The translations under genes and the position numbers were made by a program. Shown here one piece after another: positions 8,855 through 18,156 of a stretch of DNA of 64,000 bases; the stretch's first letter is position 1, and each line of letters starts with the position of its first letter. Source of the DNA: Acidobacteria bacterium UBA2990 (GTDB lineage: Bacteria > Acidobacteriota > Vicinamibacteria > Vicinamibacterales > UBA8438); the NCBI GenBank assembly GCA_002347025.1, contig DEAE01000001.1, forward strand, positions 70,623 through 134,622, written 5' to 3'. The notes under the pieces were generated by a model that saw nothing but the letters and a program-made list of their open reading frames with translations, searched no databases and was not told where the DNA came from.

Positions 8855-10080
8855 GACCTTAGCCGATCAGCGCCAAAGAGTACCTGCCCGGTTTCTCCGA
8901 TGGTCCACGAAGTGATCGGATTTTGGTGATACCGGGTTCGTGGACCGCGTGCCGCACGCAACACTTCCCAGGTCGGCTGGGTGTAGCCTGTTTCATCGGT
9001 AGCACGGCTTAAGAGCTCGGTTGGGGTTCCTGTCCAGTTCCAAGGAGCCCGGAAGCGTACATGTGCTTTTTCTAGCACGGGTGGTTGCAATTCAGCGATT
9101 TGCCAATTTGCGCCGCCATCAGTGCTCACTTCGACCCGTGTTATCCGGCCACGACCGCTCCAGGCTAGTCCTCTGATTTCATGCCAGCCTGGTTCGATGA
9201 TGCGAGGGTAGGCCGGGTCCGTGATGATAGATCTGGCATCCATCACGAAACTGAACTGGCGTACAGTACGTCCGTCTCCCAAAGGGTCTGTGTATTTTGA
9301 AGTTTCCTCGCGGGTCATGAATGGTTGATCAGCGACTTCGATTCGTCTCAACCATTTGACACTGGCATTACCTTCCCATCCTGGTAGTAGTAGCCGGGCC
9401 GGGAACCCGTTCCCTGGCATAAGGGCGTCCCCATTCTGAGCGTAGACAATCATTGCATCGTCAAATGCTTTAGACATGGGGATACTGCGTGTCATGACTG
9501 CCGCGTCCTGTCCCTCTGCCAAGAACCACTTTGCGTCACTGCTAGCGCCGACTTCTTCCATCACAGTGGAAAGTCGGACCCCAGTCCATTCTGTTTGGCT
9601 TGTTAAGCCGCAGACCATTTGCGGTAGTGTTTCTGGTGTTCCTCGGCGCAGGTTGCCCGAGCATTCGAGAAAGCAAATACGAGAGGTGGCGGGAAACCTT
9701 TTGATGTCTGCTAGGGTAAAGATAGTTGCCCTCTCAACCATTCCGTGGATAAGGAGTTCGTATCGGTCTGGATCAATCGCTGGTACCCCACCGTGGTGAC
9801 GCTCAAAGTGCAGATCTGCTGGTGTGAGAGTACCTCTCAGATCCTGCAGCGGTGTGCGGGAGGAAGTTGTGCTGGGGTCCCGCCGTGGGCGGACGAACTG
9901 TGAGCGCTGACCGAGTTCATTTGGGCCACGACCTGGCCGCCGGGTGGTTTCGAGTGCTTGTTGACCGGAAACTGGGGTCGTGGCGATCGTGCTGACAGCG
10001 CCCGTGGCACCCACAAGTATTTCCCGCCTTGTCAGACCCCCTGATGAGCCAATTGGTAAAGATTGTCTGGAATCTGCCAT
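8851..10080 (-). CDS. soxC: Molybdopterin sulfite dehydrogenase, SoxC/SorA-like, Tat-exported
   Basis: LTRREIL Tat motif, TPADLHFERHHGG, FLECSGN (Mo-ligating Cys), PGWEGNASVKWL, GLAWSGRG, SRATDETG. Confidence 0.88.
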   Translation of the reverse strand: MADSRQSLPIGSSGGLTRREILVGATGAVSTIATTPVSGQQALETTRRPGRGPNELGQRSQFVRPRRDPSTTSSRTPLQDLRGTLTPADLHFERHHGGVPAIDPDRYELLIHGMVERATIFTLADIKRFPATSRICFLECSGNLRRGTPETLPQMVCGLTSQTEWTGVRLSTVMEEVGASSDAKWFLAEGQDAAVMTRSIPMSKAFDDAMIVYAQNGDALMPGNGFPARLLLPGWEGNASVKWLRRIEVADQPFMTREETSKYTDPLGDGRTVRQFSFVMDARSIITDPAYPRIIEPGWHEIRGLAWSGRGRITRVEVSTDGGANWQIAELQPPVLEKAHVRFRAPWNWTGTPTELLSRATDETGYTQPTWEVLRAARGPRTRYHQNPITSWTIGETGQVLFGADRLRS

Positions 10081-10224
10081 GAAGACCCTCCAACGGGCAC
10101 TAGATTTTTGGACGAACTGGCCTTTTGTTGCGATGGGTCCCTTCTGACCCTACCGCTGGCTGACTGCCGATATTATGGCTCAGTTTGGCAGGGCCGTATG
10201 GGAGGGAATCAGAGATAGGTCTAT

Positions 10225-10461
10225 TTATGACGACGAGAGATCGAGGGCCCGCAGAGCGTCAATGATTTCGAGGTGTTCCGGAAAGCGTTGCTCTTTCTGC
10301 TTGGAGAAAATCAGTTTACCATCAGCTTCAACGTCAAACTGGCCGCGTCCGCCGACAACGATCCTAGAATCGACACCAAGAGCGTCTTTGACTGCGGCCG
10401 CCAGACTGGAGGCCTTTGGGAGGTAGTTTCAAACCTTGCAGTAGCTGATTGACAGCTCCAT
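10225..10461 (-). CDS. SelW/SelT/SelH (Rdx family) selenoprotein, 78 aa, CxxU motif, Sec11 at 10429-10431
   Basis: Manual translation MELSISYCKV-U-NYLPKASSLAAAVKDALGVDSRIVVGGRGQFDVEADGKLIFSKQKEQRFPEHLEIIDALRALDLSSS; Rdx hallmarks YCxxU, GxFDV, FSK..RFP. Absent from the ORF track. Confidence 0.92.
10396..10414 (-). promoter_or_regulatory. Candidate bacterial SECIS element of the Rdx gene
   Basis: mRNA GGCC-U-CCA-GUC-UGG-C-GGCC starts 14 nt after the UGA; GU-containing apical loop. Confidence 0.7.
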
Positions 10462-10826
10462 GATGGAGCGAGTCTACTCCAATGGGGCTCACTTGAGCAA
10501 CGGCTGGCTTCTTGGAACTGCATTGCTGTAAGGGTCTCGGAGCCACGATCGTTTACGACGGTTCCTTGTGCCTAAATTGGTATGTGGTTTGGTCTGTTAT
10601 GGTTGGATGTGGAGTGCGGTTCATAATGTGACCAGATGTTGCTGTGAGGGCCACTTCCTAGGTCGCGTCGATGGTCCTTGAGTCTTATGCTTGTTTCCTC
10701 GTTCTGAAGTGTCTTTGTTCGACTGATGGCTTGTGGACTTTTAAGGCCTAGTGTTAGAGACAGATAGCCAGGAAATAAGGGTTTTACCAGGCTGTCTGGT
10801 ATTCGGAGAAGAGGTCTTAGTGTTCG

Positions 10827-11120
10827 ATGATTGGACACGCGCGATTTATTCGACAGGCCATCGAACTCGCAGCTCAGGCAGCAAGGAAGGGGGATGAGCC
10901 GTTTGGAGCACTGCTTGTCGTCGATTCACTGCCGAAACCCTCGCTGTACGCTAGTACGGAACCCTGTGTGATGTGCTGTGGTGCCATCACTCATAGAAGG
11001 CTGGAGATTCCGTCACGCCACATTCTCGGTTTAGGACGGAGGTACGTCGAAGTCATCGGACCAGTTCTGGAACCCGATGCAGTGGCCGTTCACCGTAGTT
11101 GCTGGAGTGAACAGACCTGA
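10827..11120 (+). pseudogene. Nucleoside/guanine deaminase (TadA-like) remnant with internal in-frame deletions
   Basis: Keeps AIELA..GDEPFGALLV, LYASTEPCVMCCGAI and VEVIGPVLE..AVH..W, but lacks the HAE zinc/catalytic segment; only 97 aa. Confidence 0.6.
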
Positions 11121-11229
11121 GGTGAATGTTGGTTTGGACTTGGTTTTTGAAGGTGAGGTTGGAATCGATGTTGCGTGAAATCCTGTTGGAGGTTCGGGAG
11201 GACTACATAGTGAGCAAGGAGAGACGCTG

Positions 11230-11877
11230 ATGAAATTTATGGGAGATCTACCAGTGATGCCGACTGTGGACCAAGCCCCTCAGGGCCGTTCTGGGCCGAT
11301 GGCAGTAGGAGATAGGCATGCGGTGTTAGGAAACCCACTCAGTCCGCCTTTTCCAGATGGTTTGCAGCGTGCGGTGTTCGGTATGGGTTGTTTCTGGGGG
11401 GCTGAGTGTGGTTTTTGGACTTTACCGGGTGTGTTCACGACCGCAGTTGGCTATGCCGGTGGTTTTACTCCAAATCCGACTTACCGTGAGGTTTGTGGGG
11501 GACTGACCGGGCACACCGAGGTGGTATTGACAATGTATGACCCAGCCCGGATTGAGTTCAACGAGTTGCTGTGTCAATTCTGGGAAAACCACGACCCAAC
11601 GCAAGGCATGCGTCAGGGCAATGATGTAGGTACTCAGTATCGGTCAGTGATTCACTGTCATGACGAAGCACAGCTGGAAGCTGCCGAAAGCTCCCAGCGC
11701 ATCTATCAAGAGGTATTAGGGAAGGCAGGCTATGGCCAGATAACGACTGAAATCGTGATGGCACCGCCTTTTTTCTACGCTGAGGACTACCATCAGCAGT
11801 ATCTCTCCAAGAACCCCCAGGGCTACTGCGGCCATGGCGGTACGGGAGTGTCCTGTCCGGTTGGTGTTTCTGTTTAG
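11230..11877 (+). CDS. msrA: Peptide methionine sulfoxide reductase A
   Basis: [41 protein letters not shown]. Confidence 0.97.
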   Translation: MKFMGDLPVMPTVDQAPQGRSGPMAVGDRHAVLGNPLSPPFPDGLQRAVFGMGCFWGAECGFWTLPGVFTTAVGYAGGFTPNPTYREVCGGLTGHTEVVLTMYDPARIEFNELLCQFWENHDPTQGMRQGNDVGTQYRSVIHCHDEAQLEAAESSQRIYQEVLGKAGYGQITTEIVMAPPFFYAEDYHQQYLSKNPQGYCGHGGTGVSCPVGVSV

Positions 11878-11971
11878 TGTTCACAATCAAAGAAAAGTCT
11901 CACAAGGGCGTGGTGATAACTCCCGTGAGGTGAGTCGGGCAACGCGGGCATAGTGTTCGAAGGGGCGATAA

Positions 11972-13306
<1,335 letters not shown>

Positions 13307-13420
13307 AGCAAAAGGGAGACGCACTGGAGACTCTATGCAACGGGTTGTAGCTGGTTGATGTAAGCCAGACACCGTGTATGGTGGACTATCCGTTCGACTT
13401 CGAGTGAGAAATCGCACGGG

Positions 13421-14419
13421 CTAGGTTATTCGTCCCAGCGCTTCCGCTGTCGGTGATTCAGGCCAGACCGGTGGAGGGGTAGCGACGTAGCCCGTGTGGG
13501 CCAGCTGACTTTGAAAATATGACACCTCTGAAGCAGAGAAGAGCAACGCGATAATGAGTCGGATTATGAGGTAGATTTGGCCACCGAGGAAGATGATCCA
13601 CGTAGAACTATTGCTCGATGTGGCCAGTGTGTAGAGGAGGATGATGAAGATCAGTACAAGTCCGTTTGCTGCATAGAGGCTGATGCACCTGGCTGGGTGG
13701 CGGAGGACGAACCGCCAACCTGCGAGCAATCCACCTAACATGCTGTGTCGATCTTCGACAATAGTACGCACCCTTGCGTAGTCGACTACCAGATTGACAC
13801 AGATCAGTAGCGAGCTAAAGACGAGATAGATCAAGCACTGAATCGAGAACGCTTGCGCTTCGCTGGTGAAGAGGGTGCTCATGGAAGTGGCTGCACGATG
13901 AAACCAGCCGAAAACGAATCCGAAAAGGATAACGTAAGCGAGCCCTGCGATTAAGGTTAGTCGAAGCAAACGGAACACATGGAGCCCGCAGGCCGAGAAG
14001 AAGCCGGCGCTTCGGGTGGGGCGGTTTCTGGCGTATCTGTCAATTACTCCGCCCTGTAGAAAATTCCAGACCACAAGATGGGCAACAGAGACTAGTCCTA
14101 TAACCACTAAAGTTTCATTGCCATCCAGAAGGCTACTGAGGTCAGTCAGCAGTGTGGCGGTGACGATGATTGGCGGTACGTATAGTTGGCCGATTCCGCT
14201 GGCGTGAGCCGAAATCTGTTGCCACCAATCCCAAGGAATAGTGTTGGTCGCCCTTGCTGGAGTCAATATGTCCCCGAAGACGACCTGTAGCTCACCTCGT
14301 AGTAGGAGTCCTAGTGGCAGTGTCATAGCGACTGTGAGCAGCCAGGCTCCGAGTAGCACAGCCGGAGCTGCTAGAACACGCCGAAGGCCATCTCTTAGCG
14401 GGAGTGTGATAGGCCTCAT
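13421..14419 (-). CDS. Uncharacterised multi-pass membrane protein
   Basis: About 6 hydrophobic helices in a 332-aa ORF; start assumed at MRPITLP. Confidence 0.65.
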   Translation of the reverse strand: MRPITLPLRDGLRRVLAAPAVLLGAWLLTVAMTLPLGLLLRGELQVVFGDILTPARATNTIPWDWWQQISAHASGIGQLYVPPIIVTATLLTDLSSLLDGNETLVVIGLVSVAHLVVWNFLQGGVIDRYARNRPTRSAGFFSACGLHVFRLLRLTLIAGLAYVILFGFVFGWFHRAATSMSTLFTSEAQAFSIQCLIYLVFSSLLICVNLVVDYARVRTIVEDRHSMLGGLLAGWRFVLRHPARCISLYAANGLVLIFIILLYTLATSSNSSTWIIFLGGQIYLIIRLIIALLFSASEVSYFQSQLAHTGYVATPPPVWPESPTAEALGRIT

Positions 14420-14659
14420 AAATGGGTCCTGTTGGCTGCAGGGGAGGGTTTTGGGAGGAGTCCCCAATCCAGTGCTAGAACGGAGTGTGAGGAGAAATCT
14501 CTACTGGGTGAGTTTTGCAGAAGTCCAGTGTGGTTGCTAGGGCCGTCAATTTGTAGCGTCAACAACTCGGTCCTGTTGTCATTACCACGTGCAATCTTCA
14601 GCTGTGATCGGTGCCTGGTTAGAGGCAACGAAAGTGGAACACAATGCCGTTTTCACGCC

Positions 14660-14980
14660 TTACCGGTAGTCATCCCTTACCGGGTGGAACACATCGATGA
14701 TGCGACAGTCTGTCAACGCCTGCCCCGAGTGACGTGCGTTCGGTGGGACAAAGGCCACTGCACCAGGACCCAGCCTTTGGGTTTCGCCCTCGATGGTCAT
14801 CTCGAATTGGCCCTCTAACACATGCGACACCTGTTCATGAGGGTGGGCGTGTTCGGGCAGTTGGGCTTTACTCGAGATGGTCCAGGTGACTGAGGTCATG
14901 GTGGCACCGGTAGCGAACTGCCCCACGAAACCCGGCATTGGTTCCTTGTGAGCCAGCTCGCTTAGGGAGAGAAATGACAT
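14660..14980 (-). CDS. Cupin domain protein
   Basis: PEHAHPHEQ and PPNARHSG metal motifs, DVFHPVRDDY; 6 nt downstream of the PQQ dehydrogenase. Confidence 0.9.
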   Translation of the reverse strand: MSFLSLSELAHKEPMPGFVGQFATGATMTSVTWTISSKAQLPEHAHPHEQVSHVLEGQFEMTIEGETQRLGPGAVAFVPPNARHSGQALTDCRIIDVFHPVRDDYR

Positions 14981-14986
14981 TGTTTC

Positions 14987-16621
14987 TCACTCGTTCAGGG
15001 CGAAGGTGTAAACGACGTTGCCCGCTGCAACAGTCACGTGCTGCTTTCCGTTAACGGAATACGACATTGGGGCTGTGTGTATCCGTCGGCCGAGATTGAT
15101 GTGCCAGAGTTCTTCGCCGCTCACAGCGTCTAATGCATAAAAGAAACCGTCTACGCTACCGCTGAACACAAGGTCGCCAGCGGTCGTCATGATTCCCGCG
15201 GTCGATCTTGGTTGAATTTCATATTCCCACCTGATGTCGCCGGTTCTCGGATCGATGGCGCGGATAGCACTCTGGTAATTTTCGATGGGTAGTGGACGCT
15301 GTGAACCCCCACCCGTGAACTGGTCACCTTCCACGTAATCTTCGTCTCGCTTATAGAAAATATCCTCGCCGTCATAGGCCTGTACGTAGAATAGCTCCGT
15401 CCGTGGACTATAGGCAGGTGAGAACCAGTTTGTGCCGCCGCCGACAGGCGGTGAGACGATGTTTCCTTCTGGTGTCGGTAACTTGTTGGGCGCACGAATG
15501 GGCCGACCATTGGAGTCCAATCCTTCTGCCCAGGTTTGTTTGGCGAAGGGCTTCCCGACCAAGAATTCTCCGGTTTCACGGTCGAGTGTGTAGTAGAAGG
15601 CGTTGCGGTTAGCCCACATCATTAACTTCCGCATCTCACCGTCGATCTCGAGATCCGCCAAGATTGGCACTTGGATGGCATCCCAGTCATGCACGTCCCA
15701 GGGTGTGAACTGGAAATACCATTCCATGTTGCCAGTCGTGCCATTCAGCGCGAGGGCTGAATCAGAGTAAAGGTTGTCTCCCAGTCGGACATCACCGTTC
15801 CAATCAGGGCCAGGGTTGCCGGTGCCCCAGTAGACTAGGTCAAGGTCTGGATCATACGAGCCGGTGATCCAGCTGGCTGACCCGCCAGTGCGCCACGAAT
15901 CGCCAGCCCAGGTTTGGTTGTCTGGGTGGTCTGGACCAGGGATCGTCCAAGCCCGCCAGGCACGATCGCCAGAGGCGGCGTCATAGGAATCGACGAACCC
16001 CCGGATTCCAAACTCACCACCAGCGATACCTGTTACCACCTGATCTTTGACAATTAAGGGGGCCGCTGTCTTGCTGTAGCCGGCACGATGATCGGCGGTT
16101 TCTGCATTCCAGAGGAGATTGCCACTACGGGCATCGATGGCCACTAGGTGAGCGTCTAGGGTGCTCATGTAGAGGGTGTCACCCAGAATTGCGACACCAC
16201 GATTATTTCGTCCGCAGCAGATGCGCAAATCGTCTGGGAGTTCGTGGTTATAGCGCCAGTATTGGAGGCCAGTTTCTGCGTCAACCGCGACCACATTGCT
16301 CGGTGCTTCGGTGATAAACATCACACCATCGACTACAACGGGCACGGTCTCTGACCGGTCGAGCTGTGGAATCTGATAGGCCCATTTGAGCTCGAGTTCA
16401 CCCACGTTGCGGTTGTGAACTTGGTCAAGGCCGCTGTAATGCTGGCTGTCGAGAGTGCCGGAGTACATGAGCCAATTTTCCGGCTCGTCAGCTGCGTTTA
16501 CGAGGCGTTCCCAGGTTACTGGTGAGAATAAGGGAGTCGATCCTGGTGTAGATTCGGATTCCTGCCCGTGGACAGGGACTGCGGCTATTAGCAATGCTAA
16601 ACCGATGGTCAATCGTTGCAT
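14987..16621 (-). CDS. PQQ-dependent dehydrogenase, methanol/ethanol family, exported
   Basis: Signal peptide; vicinal ICCGRNNRG disulfide; GGEFGIRG, GTGNPGP, HDWDA, ANRN active-site motifs; PQQ propeller repeats. Confidence 0.92.
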   Translation of the reverse strand: MQRLTIGLALLIAAVPVHGQESESTPGSTPLFSPVTWERLVNAADEPENWLMYSGTLDSQHYSGLDQVHNRNVGELELKWAYQIPQLDRSETVPVVVDGVMFITEAPSNVVAVDAETGLQYWRYNHELPDDLRICCGRNNRGVAILGDTLYMSTLDAHLVAIDARSGNLLWNAETADHRAGYSKTAAPLIVKDQVVTGIAGGEFGIRGFVDSYDAASGDRAWRAWTIPGPDHPDNQTWAGDSWRTGGSASWITGSYDPDLDLVYWGTGNPGPDWNGDVRLGDNLYSDSALALNGTTGNMEWYFQFTPWDVHDWDAIQVPILADLEIDGEMRKLMMWANRNAFYYTLDRETGEFLVGKPFAKQTWAEGLDSNGRPIRAPNKLPTPEGNIVSPPVGGGTNWFSPAYSPRTELFYVQAYDGEDIFYKRDEDYVEGDQFTGGGSQRPLPIENYQSAIRAIDPRTGDIRWEYEIQPRSTAGIMTTAGDLVFSGSVDGFFYALDAVSGEELWHINLGRRIHTAPMSYSVNGKQHVTVAAGNVVYTFALNE

Positions 16622-16623
16622 GA

Positions 16624-17430
16624 TCAACTCTCCTCTCGTCGGAGCGAATACAGATAAGCAATGAGGTCGTCCAGTTCGCTACTGGTCAGCGTCCTCCCGG
16701 TGGCTGGCATGGTCGAGGCTGTGATGCGCTCGTAAGACTGAACACTGTCCTTGGCAAATGACCACAGATTTTCGTCCGCGTCCATAATTCGCATCGAGAA
16801 TGTATCCTCGCCCATTCGTAGCCCTTGGACGACCGAACCGTCTTGGCGTGTGACCCGGAGGGTCCACCAGCGGGGGGGGACTTCCTCGTCTGGGTTCTGG
16901 AGGTCGCTCCTCAGTTCATCTGGGTCTCGGCGCTCGCCGACTCGGCTCAAATCCTGTCCTCGTCTCCCTCCCTGCCCATTGACCATGTGGCAACTACTGC
17001 AATTGCCTTTCCCCGCGAACAACTGCTCGCCGTTTGTGGCGTTGCCTGGTAAATTAACATCGGGCGTTTCGTTCAACGAGTTTAGATAACTGACGACCAT
17101 CCAGACCGATTGGTCCGTAGAGGCACGACTGATACCGATCATCTGGGAATTCGGGAGCCCATTGCGAATGATATCGAAAAGACCGGCATCGGTGCTGACG
17201 GTCCGGTATCCGCTAGTTAGGTCGGGTCCTAACTCACCCCCACCTGCGTCGATGCCGTGACAGCGCCCGCACTGTTGCTGGAACAGCCTCTCTCCCATCC
17301 GGATGTCCAGGGGGGTCGTGAATTCGTGAGCATTCAACTCTTGAGCGCGTGGGGCGGCCGGTGTCGTTATGAGACACAGGGACGCTAGCAACGCTGTTGC
17401 CGTTATCGTCCATAAGCTACGCATTGGCAT
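16624..17430 (-). CDS. Diheme c-type cytochrome with a putative heme-binding domain
   Basis: Signal peptide; CGRCH and CSSCH; C-terminal STMP..LDDLIAYL; GGAGG RBS before ATG 17430. Confidence 0.88.
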   Translation of the reverse strand: MPMRSLWTITATALLASLCLITTPAAPRAQELNAHEFTTPLDIRMGERLFQQQCGRCHGIDAGGGELGPDLTSGYRTVSTDAGLFDIIRNGLPNSQMIGISRASTDQSVWMVVSYLNSLNETPDVNLPGNATNGEQLFAGKGNCSSCHMVNGQGGRRGQDLSRVGERRDPDELRSDLQNPDEEVPPRWWTLRVTRQDGSVVQGLRMGEDTFSMRIMDADENLWSFAKDSVQSYERITASTMPATGRTLTSSELDDLIAYLYSLRREES

Positions 17431-17770
17431 GTTGCCCTCCGAGAAATCTGGTTTTAGCGACACGGGTGGGTCGTTTGATCCGACTCCCACCAAGATCATA
17501 TCCGCTTTTTCAGCTATTTGAGACTCCGGTAATCATACAGCCTGATTCACACGACATTATCACGCACTACTTGGGTTAGGCACCTCCAGTGATGTCCTAG
17601 GGTTGCTAAGTGACTGTAGGTGAACTGTTTGGCAATGAGGTTTTCTTGATGGTTCATATTTAAGTCACGTGATCTTTTTCGTGAGAGGGCCTTGGGGTAG
17701 GTTCCGGTCGACTTGCATCTTGACCGGTAACGACCATAGAGGGCACTTCTGCCGGGTGTGCTCGGAGAGA

Positions 17771-17998
17771 TTAGAGAAAAAGACTTCGTAGCAGACGTAG
17801 TCCAATCAGCAAAATCATTGGGGAAAAATCAAGCCCACTTGCGGCCGGGACAGCCTTTCGGATCGGAGCTAGAACAGGTTCTGTGAGAGATTCAACGAGT
17901 TGTCGAACTGGGTGTGTCGGTGGTAGCTGCACCCACGACATCACGACTGAGACCAGCACAACTAGTGAATACAAGTCGATCAGCTGAATCAGAAACAT
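17771..17998 (-). CDS. YggT family membrane protein
   Basis: SWV..HPV...LTEPVLAPIRKAVP...GLDFSPMI. Confidence 0.9.
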   Translation of the reverse strand: MFLIQLIDLYSLVVLVSVVMSWVQLPPTHPVRQLVESLTEPVLAPIRKAVPAASGLDFSPMILLIGLRLLRSLFL

Positions 17999-18156
17999 AG
18001 CGAATTGGTCATTCTCATTGGTAGTTGTTAGGTTTCACCTTCTTCAAACACTTGCAAGATAGCACGATTGGTAAAACAAACAGTGGCTGTGACGCTCCGC
18101 GGGCTCCAGCGCGATCGATTTTCGATGTCACCTCAGCTACCAATAGCGTTTTCGTC

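Noticed and set aside
10311-10838. Track ORFs 10311-10523, 10364-10546 and 10572-10838
   Set aside because: The first two are alternative frames over the Rdx gene. The third has no motifs and overlaps the deaminase start.
11230-11877. MsrA as a third selenoprotein
   Set aside because: The catalytic codon in GMGCFWG is TGT (Cys), and the frame is uninterrupted.
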